DNA of 64,000 nt from the human T2T-CHM13v2.0 reference genome, Homo sapiens. This document shows positions 1-12,660 of the stretch, piece by piece (within the stretch, counting starts at the first letter, position 1; the number at the start of each line of letters is the position of its first letter). The stretch lies in NCBI RefSeq assembly GCF_009914755.1, contig NC_060925.1; one strand, 5' to 3'. The notes under the pieces were generated by a model that was given only the letters and a program-made list of their open reading frames with translations, was not told the origin of the DNA and searched no databases. The position numbers and the translations under genes were made by a program.

Positions 1-42
1 CCACAAAAAGAGTGTTTCAAGTCTGCTCTGTGTAAAGGATCG

Positions 43-61
43 TTCAACTCTGTGAGTTGAA
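43..61. other. Short dyad TTCAACTC-tgt-GAGTTGAA (8-bp inverted repeat, 3-nt loop), repeated once per dimer
   Basis: 43-50 TTCAACTC is the exact reverse complement of 54-61 GAGTTGAA. Confidence 0.85.
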
Positions 62-118
62 TACACACAACACAAGGAAGTTACTGAGAATTCTTCTGTC
101 TAGCAGAATATGAAGAAA

Positions 119-135
119 TCCCGTTTCCAACGAAG
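119..135 (-). promoter_or_regulatory. CENP-B box (representative first copy; recurs every ~340 bp up to ~63674)
   Basis: + strand TCCCGTTTCCAACGAAG = reverse complement CTTCGTTGGAAACGGGA, matching YTTCGTTGGAARCGGGA with all nine essential positions (NTTCGNNNNANNCGGGN). Present in alternate monomers only. Confidence 0.97.
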
Positions 136-629
136 GCCTCAAAGAGGTCTGAATATCCACTTGCAGACTTTACAAACAGAGTGTTTCCTAACTGCTCTAT
201 GAAAAGAAAGGTTAAACTCTGTGAGTTGAACGCACACATCACAAAGGAGTTTCTGAGAATCGTTCTGTCTAGTTTCTATAGGAAGATATTTCCTATTCTA
301 CCATTGACCTCAAAGCGGCTGAAATCTCCACTTGCAAATTCCACAAAAAGAATGTTTCAAGTCTGCTCTGTGTAAAGGATCGTTCAACTCTGTGAGTTGA
401 ATACACACAACACAAGGAAGTTACTGAGAATTCTTCTGTCTAGCATAATATGAAGAAATCCCGTTTCCAACGAAGGCCTCAAAGAGGTCTGAATATCCAC
501 TTGCAGACTTTACAAACAGAGTGTTTCCTAACGGCTCTATGAAAAGAAAAGTTAAACTCTGTGAGATGAACGCACACATCACAAAGGAGTTTCTGAGAAT
601 CATTCTCTCTAGTCTTTATACGAAGATAT

Positions 630-646
630 TTCCTTTTCTACCATTG
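630..646 (+). promoter_or_regulatory. pJ-alpha/A-box-like site of the A-type monomer (representative; recurs every ~340 bp)
   Basis: TTCCTTTTCTACCATTG lies ~171 bp from the CENP-B box at the equivalent monomer position and resembles the pJ-alpha motif TTCCTTTTYCACCRTAG with mismatches. Confidence 0.6.
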
Positions 647-2807
647 ACCTCAAAGCGGCTGAAATCTCCACTTGCAAATTCCACAAAAAGTGTGTTTCAA
701 GTCTGCTCTGTGTAAAGGATCGTTCAACTCTGTGAGTTGAATACACACAACACAAGGAAGTTACTGAGAATTCTTCTGTCTAGCAGAATAGGAAGAAATC
801 CCGTTTCCAACGAAGGCCTCAAAGAGGTCTGAATATCCACTTGCAGACTTTACAAACAGAGTGTTTCCTAACGGCTCTATGAAAAGAAAAGTTAAACTCT
901 GTGAGTTGAACGCACACATCACAAAGGAGTTTCTGAGAATCGTTCTGTCTAGTTTCTATAGGAAGATATTTCCTATTCTACCATTGACCTCAAAGCGGCT
1001 GAAATCTCCACTTGCAAATTCCACAAAAAGAATGTTTCAAGTCTGCTCTGTGTAAAGGATCGTTCAACTCTCTGAGTTGAATACACACAACACAAGGAAG
1101 TTACTGAGAATTCTTCTGTCTATCAGAATATGAAGAAATCCCGTTTCCAACGAAGGCCTCAAGGAGGTCTGAATATCCACTTGCAGACTTTACAAACAGA
1201 GTGTTTCCTAACTGCTCTATGAAAAGAAAGGTTAAACTCTGTGAGTTGAACGCACACATCACAAAGGAGTTTCTGAGAATCGTTCTGTCTAGTTTCTATA
1301 GGAAGATATTTCCTATTCTACCATTGACCTCAAAGCGGCTGAAATCTCCACTTGCAAATTCCACAAAAAGAATGTTTCTAGTCTGCTCTGTGTAAAGGAT
1401 CGTTCAACTCTGTGAGTTGAATACACACAACACAAGGAAGTTACTGAGAATTCTTCTGTCTAGCATAATATGAAGTAATCCCGTTTCCAACGAAGGCCTC
1501 AAAGAGGTCTGAATATCCACTTGCAGACTTTACAAACAGAGTGTTTCCTAACTGCTCTATTAAAAGAAAAGTTAAACTCTGTGAGTTGAACGCACACATC
1601 ACAAAGGAGTTTCTGAGAATCATTCTGTCTAGTCTTTATACGAAGATATTTCCTTTTCTACCATTGACCACAAAGCGGCTGAAATCTCCACTTGCAAATT
1701 CCACAAAAAGAGTGTTTCAAGTCTGCTCTGTGTAAAGGATCGTTCAACTCTGTGAGTTGAATACACACAACACAAGGAAGTTACTGAGAATTCTTCTGTC
1801 TAGCAGAATATGAAGAAATCCCGTTTCCAACGAAGGCCTCATGGAGGTCTGAATATCCACTTGCAGACTTTACAAACAGAGTGTTTCCTAACAGCTCTAT
1901 GAACAGAAAGGTTAAACTCTGTGAGTTGAACGCACACATCACAAAGGAGTTTCTGAGAATCATTCTGTCTAGTCTTTATACGAAGATATTTCCTTTTCTA
2001 CCATTGACCACAAAGCGGCTGAAATCTCCACTTGCAAATTCCACAAAAAGAGTGTTTCAAGTCTGCTCTGTGTAAAGGATCATTCAACTCTGTGAGTTGA
2101 ATAAACACAACACAAGGAAGTTACTGAGAATTCTTCTGTCTAGCAGAATATGAAGAAATCCCGTTTCCAACGAATGTCTCAACGAGGTCTGAATATCCAC
2201 TTGCAGACTTTACAAACAGAGTGTTTCCTAACTGCTCTATGAAAAGAAAGGTTAAACTCTGTGAGTTGAACACACACATCACAAAGGAGTTTCTGAGAAT
2301 CATTCTGTCTAGTTTTTCTACGAAGATATTTCCTTTTCTACTATTGACCTCAAAGCGGCTGAAATCTCCACTTGCAAATTCCACAAAAAGAGTGTTTCAA
2401 GTCTGCTCTGTGTAAAGGATCGTTCAACTCTGTGAGTTGAATACACACAACACAAGGAAGTTACTGAGAATTCTTCTGTCTAGCAGAATATGAAGAAATC
2501 CCGTTTCCAACGAAGGCCTCAAAGAGGTCTGAATATCCACTTGCAGACGTTACAAACAGAGTGTTTCCTAACTGCTCTATGAAAAGAAAGGTTAAACTCT
2601 GTGAGTTGAACGCACACATCACAAAGGAGTTTCTGAGAATCGTTCTGTCTAGTTTCTATATGAAGATATTTCCTATTCTACCATTGACCTCAAAGCGGCT
2701 GAAATCTCCACTTGCAAATTCCACAAAAAGAATGTTTCAAGTCTGCTCTGTGTAAAGGATCGTTCAACTCTGTGAGTTGAATACACACAACACAAGGAAG
2801 TTACTGA

Positions 2808-3486
2808 GAATTCTTCTGTCTAGCAGAATATGAAGAAATCCCGTTTCCAACGAAGGCCACAAGATGTCAGAATATCCACTTACAGACTTTACAAACAGAG
2901 TGTTTCCTAACTGCTCTATGAACAGAAAGGTTAAACTCTGTGAGTTGAACGAACACATCACAACGCAGTTTGTGGGAATGATTCTGTCTAGTTTTGAAAC
3001 CAAGATATTTCCTTTTCTGCCGTTGACCTAAAAGAGCTTGAAAACTACACTTGCAAATAGCAAAAATAGAGTGTTTCAAATCTGCTCTGTCTAAGGGAAC
3101 GTTCAACTCTGTGAGTTGAATGCACACAACACAAGGAAGTTACTGGGAATTCTTCTGTCTAGCCTTACATGAAAAAAACCCGTTTCCAACGAAGGCCTCT
3201 AAGTGGTCAAAATTTCCACGTGCAGACTTTACAAACAGAGTGTTTCCAAACCGCTGAATGAAAAGAAAAGTTAAACTCTGAGAGTTGAACGCACACATCA
3301 CGCAGCAGTTTCTGAGAATGATTCTGTCTAGTTTTTATACGAAGATATTTCCTTTTCTGCCTTTGGCCCCAAAGCGCTTGAAATCTCCACTTGCAAATTC
3401 CACAAAAACAGTGTTTCAAATCTGCTCTCTCTAAATGAAATTTCAACTCTGTCAGTTGAATACACGCAACACAAGGAAGTTACTGA
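2808..3486 (-). repeat. Diverged tetramer (dimers A+B), first of 31 copies; landmark of each higher-order repeat unit
   Basis: A: ggccacaagatgtcagaa (1-bp deletion, 339 bp), aacgaacacatcacaacgcagtttgtgggaatg. B: agccttacatgaaaaaaacccg, ctctaagtggtcaaaa, ctttggccccaaagcgc. Boundaries set at EcoRI sites 2808, 3147 and 3487. Confidence 0.9.
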
Positions 3487-6400
3487 GAATTCTTCTGTCT
3501 AGCATAATATGAAGAAATCCCGTTTCCAACGAAGGCCTCAAATGGGTCTGAATATCCACTTGCAGACTTTATAAACAGAGTGTTTACTAACTGCTCTATG
3601 AAAAGAAAGGTTAAACTCTGTGAGTTGAACACACACATCACAAAGGAGTTTCTGAGAATCATTCTGTCTAGTTTTTCCACGAAGATATTTCCTTTTCTAC
3701 TACTGACCTCAAAGCGGCTGAAATCTCCACTTGCAAATTCTACAAATAGAGTGTTTCAAGTCTGCTCTGTGTAAAGGATCGTTCAACTCTGTGAGTTGAA
3801 TACACACAACACAAGGAAGTTACTGAGAATTCTTCTGTCTACCATAATATGAAGAAATCCCGTTTCCAACGAAGGCCTCAAAGAGGTCTGAATATCCACT
3901 TGCAGACTTTACAAACAGAGTGTTTCCTAACTGCTCTATGAAAAGAAAAGTTAAACTCTGTGAGTTGAACGCACACATCACAAAGGAGTTTCTGAGAATC
4001 ATTCTGTCTAGTCTTTATACGAAGATATTTCCTTTTCTACCATTGACCTCAAAGCGGCTGAAATCTCCACTTGCAAATTCCACAAAAAGAGTGTTTCAAG
4101 TCTGCTCTGTGTAAAGGATCGTTCAACTCTGTGAGTTGAATACACACAACACAAGGAAGTTACTGAGAATTCTTTTGTCTAGCAGAATATGAAGAAATCC
4201 CGTTTCCAACGAAGGCCTCAAGGAGGTCTGAATATCCACTTGCAGACTTTACAAACAGAGTGTTTCCTAACACCTCTATGAACAGAAAGGTTAAACTCTG
4301 TGAGTTGAACGCACACATCACAAAGGAGTTTCTGAGAATCATTCTGTCTAGTCTTTATACGAAGATATTTCCTTTTCTACCATTGACCACAAAGCGGCTG
4401 AAATCTCCACATGCAAATTCCACAAAAAGAGTGTTTCAAGTCTGCTCTGTGTAAAGGATCATTCAACTCTGTGAGTTGAATAAACACAACACAAGGAAGT
4501 TACTCAGAATTCTTCTGTCTAGCAGAATATGAAGAAATCCCGTTTCCAACGAAGGCCTCAACGAGGTCTGAATATCCACTTGCAGACTTTACAAACAGAG
4601 TGTTTCCTAACTGCTCTATGAAAAGAAATGTTAAACTCTGTGAGTTGAACACACACATCACAAAGGAGTTTCTGAGAATCATTCTGTCTAGTTTTTCTTC
4701 GAAGATATTTCCTTTTCTACTATTGACCTCAAAGCGGCTGAAATCTCCACTTGCAAATTCCACAAAAAGAGTGTTTCAAGTCTGCTCTGTGTAAAGGATC
4801 GTTTAACTCTGTGAGTTGAATACACACAACACAAGGAAGTTACTGAGAATTCTTCTGTCTAGCAGAATATGAAGAAATCCCGTTTCCAACGAAGGCCTCA
4901 AAGGGGTCTGAATATCCACTTGCAGCCTTTACAAACAGAGTGTTTCCTAACTGCTCTATGAAAAGAAAGGTTAAACTCTGTGAGTTGAACGCACACATCA
5001 CAAAGGAGTTTCTGAGAATCGTTCTGTCTAGTTTCTATAGGAATATATTTCCTATTCTACCATTGACCTCAAAGCGGCTGAAATCTCCACTTGCAAATTC
5101 CACAAAAAGAATGTTTCAAGTCTGCTCTGTGTAAAGGATCGTTCAACTCTGTGAGTTGAATACACACAACACAAGGAAGTTACTGAGAATTCTTCTGTCT
5201 AGCAGAATATGAAGAAATCCCGTTTCCAACGAAGGCCTCAAGGAGGTCTGAATATCCACTTGCAGACTTTACAAACAGAGTGTTTCCTAACAGCTCTATG
5301 AACAGAAAGGTTAAACTCTGTGAGTTGAACGCACACATCACAAAGGAGTTTCTGAGAATCATTCTGTCTAGTCTATATACGAAGATATTTCCTTTTCTAC
5401 CGTTGACCACAAAGCGGCTGAAATCTCCACTTGCAAATTCCACAAAAAGAGTGTTTCAAGTCTGCTCTGTGTAAAGGATCGTTCAACTCTGTGAGTTGAA
5501 TACACACAACACAAGGAAGTTACTGAGAATTCTTCTGTCTAGCAGAATATGAAGAAATCCCGTTTCCAACGAAGGCCTCAAAGAGGTCTGAATATCCACT
5601 TGCAGACTTTACAAACAGAGTGTTTCCTAACTGCTCTATGAAAAGAAAGGTTAAACTCTGTGAGTTGAACGCACACATCACAAAGGAGTTTCTGAGAATC
5701 GTTCTGTCTAGTTTCTATAGGAAGATATTTCCTATTCTACCATTGACCTCAAAGCGGCTGAAATCTCCACTTGCAAATTCCACAAAAAGAATGTTTCAAG
5801 TCTGCTCTGGGTAAAGGATCGTTCAACTCTGTGAGTTGAATACACACAACACAAGGAAGTTACTGAGAATTATTCTGTCTAGCAGAATATGAAGAAATCC
5901 CGTTTCCAACGAAGGTCACAAGATGTCTGAATATCCACTTACAGACTTTACAAACAGAGTGTTTCCTAACTGCTCTATGAACAGAAAGGTTAAACTCTGT
6001 GAGTTGAACGAACACATCACAACGCAGTTTGTGGGAATGATTCTGTCTGGTTTTGAAACCAAGATATTTCCTTTTCTGCCGTTGACCTTAAAGAGCTTGA
6101 AAACTACACTTGCAAATTGCACAAATAGAGTGTTTCAAATCTGCTCTGTCTAAGGGAACGTTCAACTCTGTGAGTTGAATGCACACAACACAAGGAAGTT
6201 ACTGGGAATTCTTCTGTCTAGCCTTACATGAAAAAAACCCGTTTCCAACGAAGGCCTCTAAGTGGTCAAAATTTCCACGTGCAGACTTTACAAACAGAGT
6301 GTTTCCAAACCGCTGAATGAAAAGAAAAGTTAAACTCTGAGAGTTGAACGCACACATCACGCAGCAGTTTCTGAGAATGATTCTGTCTAGTTTTTATACG

Positions 6401-9400
6401 AAGATATTTCCTTTTCTGCCTTTGGCCACAAAGCGCTTGAAATCTCCACTTGCAAATTCCACAAAAACAGTGTTTCAAATCTGCTCTCTCTAAATGAAAG
6501 TTCAACTCTGTCAGTTGAATACACACAACACAAGGAAGTTACTGAGAATTCTTCTGTCTAGCATAATATGAAGAAATCCCGTTTCCAACGAAGGCCTCAA
6601 AGGGGTCTGAATATCCACTTGCAGACTTTATAAACAGAGTGTTTACTAACTGCTCTATGAAAAGAAAGGTTAAACTCTGTGAGTTGAACACACACATCAC
6701 AAAGGAGTTTCTGAGAATCATTCTGTCTAGTTTTTCTACGAAGATATTTCCTTTTCTACTATTGACCTCAAAGCGGCTGAAATCTCCACTTGCAAATTCT
6801 ACAAATAGAGTGTTTCAAGTCTGCTCTGTGTAAAGGATCGTTCAACTCTGTGAGTTCAATACACACAACACAAGGAAGTTGCTGAGAATTCTTCTGTCTA
6901 GCAGAATATGAAGAAATCCCGTTTCCAACGAAGGCCTCAAAGAGGTCTGAATATCCACTTGCAGACTTTACAAACAGAGTGTTTCCTAACTGCTCTATGA
7001 AAAGAAAGGTTAAACTCTGTGAGTTGAACGCACACATGACAAAGGAGTTTATGAGAATCATTCTGTCTAGTTTGTATAAGAAGATATTTCCTATTCTACC
7101 ATTGACCTCAAAGCGGCTGAAATCTCCACTTGCAAATTGGACAAAAAGAGTGTTTCAAGCCTGCTCTCTGTAAAGGATCCTTCAACTCTGAGAGTTGAAT
7201 ACACACAACACAAGGAAGTTACTGGGAATTATTCTGTCTAGCAGAATATGAAGAAATCCCGTTTCCAACGAAGGCCTCTAGGAGGTCTGAATATCCACTT
7301 GCAGACTTTACAAACAGAGTGTTTCCTAACTGCTCTATGAACAGAAAGGTTAAACTCTGTGAGTTGAACGCACACATCACAAAGGAGTTTCTGAGAATCA
7401 TTCTGTCTAGTCTTTATACGAAGATATTTCCTTTTCTACCATTGACCTCAAAGCGGCTGAAATCTCCACTTGCAAATTCCACAAAAAGAGTGTTTCAAGT
7501 CTGCTCTGTGTAAAGGATCGTACAACTCTTTGAGTTGAATACACACAACACAAGGAAGTTACTGAGAATTCTTCTGTCTAGCAGAATATGAAGAAATCCC
7601 GTTTCCAACGAAGGTCTCAAGGAGGTCTGAATATCCACTTGCAGACTTTACAAACAGAGTGTTTCCTAACTGCTCTATGAACAGAAAGGTTAAACTCTGT
7701 GAGTTGAAGGCACACATCACAAAAGAGTTTCTGAGAATCATTCTGTCTAGTCTTTATACGAAGATATTTCCTTTTCTACCATTGACATCAAAGCGGCTGA
7801 AATCTCCACTTGCAAATTCCACAAAAAGAGTGTTTCAAGTCTGCTCTGTGTAAAGGATCGTTCAACTCTGTGAGTTGAATACACACAACACAAGGAAGTT
7901 ACTGAGAATTCTTCTGTCTAGCAGAATATGAAGAAATCCCGTTTCCAACGAAGGCCACAAGATGTCAGAATGTCCACTTACAGACTTTACAGAGTGTTTC
8001 CTAACTGCTCTATGAACAGAAAGGTTAAACTCTGTGAGTTGAACGAACACATCACAACGCAGTTTGTGGGAATGATTCTGTCTAGTTTTGAAACGAAGAT
8101 ATTTCCTTTTCTGCCATTGACCTTAAAGCGCTTGAAATCTACACTTGCAAATTGCACAAATAGAGTGTTTCAAATCTGCTCTGTCTAAGGGAACGTTCAA
8201 CTCTGTGAGTTGAATGCACACAACACAAGGAAGTTACTGGGAATTCTTCTGTCTAGCCTTACATGAAAAAAACCCGTTTCCAACGAAGGCCTCTAAGTGG
8301 TCAAAATATCCACGTGCAGACTTTACAAACAGAGTGTTTCCAAACCGCTGAATGAAAAGAAAAGTTAAACTCTGAGAGTTGAACGCACACACCACGCAGC
8401 AGTTTCTGAGAATGATTCTGTCTAGTTTTTATACGAAGATATTTCCTTTTCTGCCTTTGGCCCCAAAGCGCTTGAAATCTCCACTTGCAAATTCCACAAA
8501 AACAGTGTTTCAAATCTGCTCTCTCTAAATGAAAGTTCAACTCTGTCAGTTGAATACACACAACACAAGGAAGTTACTGAGAATTCTTCTGTCTAGCATA
8601 ATATGAAGAAATCCCGTTTCCAACGAAGGCCTCAAAGGGGTCTGAATATCCACTTGCAGACTTTATAAACAGAGTGTTTACTAACTGCTCTATGAAAAGA
8701 AAGGTTAAACTCTGTGAGTTGAACACACACATCACAAAGGAGTTTCTGAGAATCATTCTGTCTAGTTTTTCTACGAAGATATTTCCTTTTCTACTATTGA
8801 CCTCAAAGCGGCTGAAATCTCCACTTGCAAATTTCACAAAAAGAGTGTTTCAAGTCTGCTCTGTGTAAAGGATCGTTCAACTCTGTGAGTTGAATACACA
8901 CAACACAAGGAAGTTACTGAGAATTCTTCTGTCTAGCAGAATAGGAAGAAATCCCGTTTCCAACGAAAGCCTCAAAGAGGTCTGAATATCCACTTGCAGA
9001 CTTTACAAACAGAGTGTTTCCTAACTGCTCTATGAAAAGAAAGGTTAAACTCTGTGAGTTGAACGCACACATCACAAAGGAGTTTCTGAGAATCATTTTG
9101 TCTAGTTTCTATAGGAAGATATTTCCTATTCTACCATTGACCTCAAAGCGGCTGAAATCTCCACTTGCAAATTCCACAAAAAGAATGTTTCTAGTCTGCT
9201 CTGTGTAAAGGATCTTTCAACTCTGTGAGTTGAATACACACAACACAAGGAAGTTACTGAGAATTCTTCTGTCTAGCATAATATGAAGAAATCCCGTTTC
9301 CAACGAAGGCCTCAAAGAGGTCTGAATATCCACTTGCAGACTTTACAAACAGAGTGTTTCCTAACTGCTCTATGAAAAGAAAAGTTAAACTCTGTGAGTT

Positions 9401-9940
9401 GAACGCACACATCACAAAGGAGTTTCTGAGAATCATTCTGTCTAGTCTTTATACGAAGATATTTCCTTTTCTACCATTGACCTCAAAGCGGCTGAAATCT
9501 CCACTTGCAAATTCCACAAAAAGAGTGTTTCAAGTCTGCTCTGTGTAAAGGATCATTCAACTCTGTGAGTTGAATAAACACAACACAAGGAAGTTACTGA
9601 GAATTCTTCTGTCTAGCAGAATATGAAGAAATCCCGTTTCCAACGAAGGCCTCAACGAGGTCTGAATATCCACTTGCAGACTTTACAAACAGAGTGTTTC
9701 CTAACTGCTCTATGAAAAGAAAGGTTAAACTCTGTGAGTTGAATGCACACATCACAAAGGAGTTTCTGAGAATCGTTCTGTCTAGTTTCTATAGGAAGAT
9801 ATTTCCTATTCTACCATTGACCACAAAGCGGCTGAAATCTCCACTTGCAAATTCCACAAAAAGAATGTTTCAAGTCTGCTCTGTGTAAAGGATCGTTCAA
9901 CTCTGTGAGTTGAATACACACAACACAAGGAAGTTACTGA

Positions 9941-12660
9941 GAATTCTTCTGTCTAGCAGAATATGAAGAAATCCCGTTTCCAACGAAGGCCACAAGATGT
10001 CAGAATATCCACTTACAGACTTTACAAACAGAGTGTTTCCTAACTGCTCTATGAACAGAAAGGTTAAACTCTGTGAGTTGAACGAACACATCACAACGCA
10101 GTTTGTGGGAATGATTCTGTCTTGTTTTGAAAGGAAGATATTTCCTTTTCTGCCGTTGACCTTAAAGCGCTTGAAATCTACACTTGCAAATTGCACAAAT
10201 AGGCTGTTTCAAATCTGCTCTGTCTAAGGGAACGTTCAACTCTGTGAGTTGAATGCACACAACACAAGGAAGTTACTGGGAATTCTTCTGTCTAGCCTTA
10301 CATGAAAAAAACCCGTTTCCAACGAAGGCCTCTAAGTGGTCAAAATATCCACGTGCAGACTTTACAAACAGAGTGTTTCCAAACCGCTGAATGAAAAGAA
10401 AAGTTAAACTCTGAGAGTTGAACGCACACATCACGCAGCAGTTTCTGAGAATGATTCTGTCTAGTTTTTATACGAAGATATTTCCTTTTCTGCCTTTGGC
10501 CCCAAAGCGCTTGAAATCTCCACTTGCAAATTCCACAAAAACAGTGTTTCAAATCTGCTCTCTCTAAATGAAAGTTCAACTCTGTCAGTTGAATACACAC
10601 AACACAAGGAAGTTACTGAGAATTCTTCTGTCTAGCATAATATGAAGAAATCCCGTTTCCAACGAAGGCCTCAAAGGGGTCTGAATATCCACTTGCAGAC
10701 TTTATAAACAGAGTGTTTACTAACTGCTCTATGAAAAGAAAGGTTAAACTCTGTGAGTTGAACACACACATCACAAAGGAGTTTCTGAGAATCATTCTGT
10801 CTAGTTTTTCTACGAAGATATTTCCTTTTCTACTATTGACCTCAAAGCGGCTGAAATCTCCACTTGCAAATTCTACAAATAGAGTGTTTCAAGTCTGCTC
10901 TGTGTAAAGGATCGTTCAACTCTGTGAGTTGAATACACACAACACAAGGAAGTTACTGAGAATTCTTCTGTCTAGCAGAATATGAAGAAATCCCGTTTCC
11001 AACGAAGGCCTCAAAGAGGTCTGAATATCCACTTGCAGACTTTACAAACAGAGTGTTTCCTAACTGCTCTATGAAAAGAAAGGTTAAACTCTGTGAGTTG
11101 AACGCACACATCACAAAGGAGTTTCTGAGAATCGTTCTGTCTAGTTTCTATAGGAAGATATTTCCTATTCTACCATTGACCTCAAAGCGGCTGAAATCTC
11201 CACTTGCAAATTCCACAAAAAGAATGTTTCAAGTCTGCTCTGTGTAAAGCATCGTTCAACTCTGTGAGTTGAATACACACAACACAAGGAAGTTACTGAG
11301 AATTCTTCTGTCTAGCATAATATGAAGAAATCCCGTTTCCAACGAAGGCCTCAAAGAGGTCTGAATATCCACTTGCAGACTTTACAAACCGAGTGTTTCC
11401 TAACTGCTCTATGAAAAGAAAAGTTAAACTCTGTGAGTTGAACGCACACATCACAAAGGAGTTTCTGAGAATCATTCTGTCTAGTCTTTATACGAAGATA
11501 TTTCCTTTTCTACCATTGACCTCAAAGCGGCTGAAATCTCCACTTGCAAATTCCACAAAAAGAGTGTTTCAAGTCTGCTCTGTGTAAAGGATCGTTCAAC
11601 TCTGTGAGTTGAATACACACAACACAAGGAAGTTACTGAGAATTCTTCTGTCTATCAGAATATGAAGAAATCCTGTTTCCAACGAAGGCCTCAAGGAGGT
11701 CTGAATATCCACTTGCAGACTTTACAAACAGAGTGTTTCCTAACTGCTCTATGAACAGAAAGGTTAAACTCTGTGAGTTGAACGCACACATCACAAAGGA
11801 GTTTCTGAGAATCATTCTGTCTAGTCTTTATACGAAGATATTTACTTTTCTACCATTGACTTCAAAGCGGCTGAAATCTCCACTTGCAAATTCCACAAAA
11901 AGAGTGTTTCAAGTCTGCTCTGTGTAAAGGATCATTCAACTCTGTGAGTTGAATAAACACAACACAAGGAAGTTACTGAGAATTCTTCTGTCTAGCAGAA
12001 TATGAAGAAATCCCGTTTCCAACGAAGGCCTCAAGGAGGTCTGAATATCCACTTGCAGACTTTACAAACAGAGTGTTTCCTAACTGCTCTATGAAAAGAA
12101 AGGTTAAACTCTGTGAGTTGAACGCACACATCACAAAGGAGTTTATGAGAATCATTCTGTCTAGTTTCTATAAGAAGATATTTCCTATTCTACCATTGAC
12201 CTCAAAGCGGCTGAAATCTCCACTTGCAAATTCGACAAAAAGAGTGTTTCAAGCCTGCTCTCTGTAAAGGATCCTTCAACTCTGTGAGTTGAATACACAC
12301 AACACAAGGAAGTTACTGAGAATTATTCTGTCTAGCATAATATGAAGAAATCCCGTTTCCAACGAAGACCTCAAAGAGGTCTGAATATCCACTTGCAGAC
12401 TTTAAAAACAGAGTGTTTCCTAACTGCTCTATGAGAAGAAAAGTTAAACTCTGTGAGTTGAACGCACACATCACAAAAGATTTTCTGAGAATCATTCTGT
12501 CTAGTCTTTATATGAAGATAGTTTCCTTTTCTACCATTGACCTCAAAGCGGCTGAAATCTCCACTTGCAAATTCCACAAAAAGAGTGTTTCAAGTCTGCT
12601 CTGTGTAAAGGATCGTTCAACTCTGTGCGTTGAATACACACAACACAAGGAAGTTACTGA
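9941..12660 (-). repeat. 16-mer HOR unit ABCDEFGH (2720 bp)
   Basis: Ordered dimer types read from diagnostic variants/ORF signatures at 9997(A), 10340(B), 10713(C), 11053(D), 11393(E), 11733(F), 12073(G), 12413(H). Confidence 0.85.
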
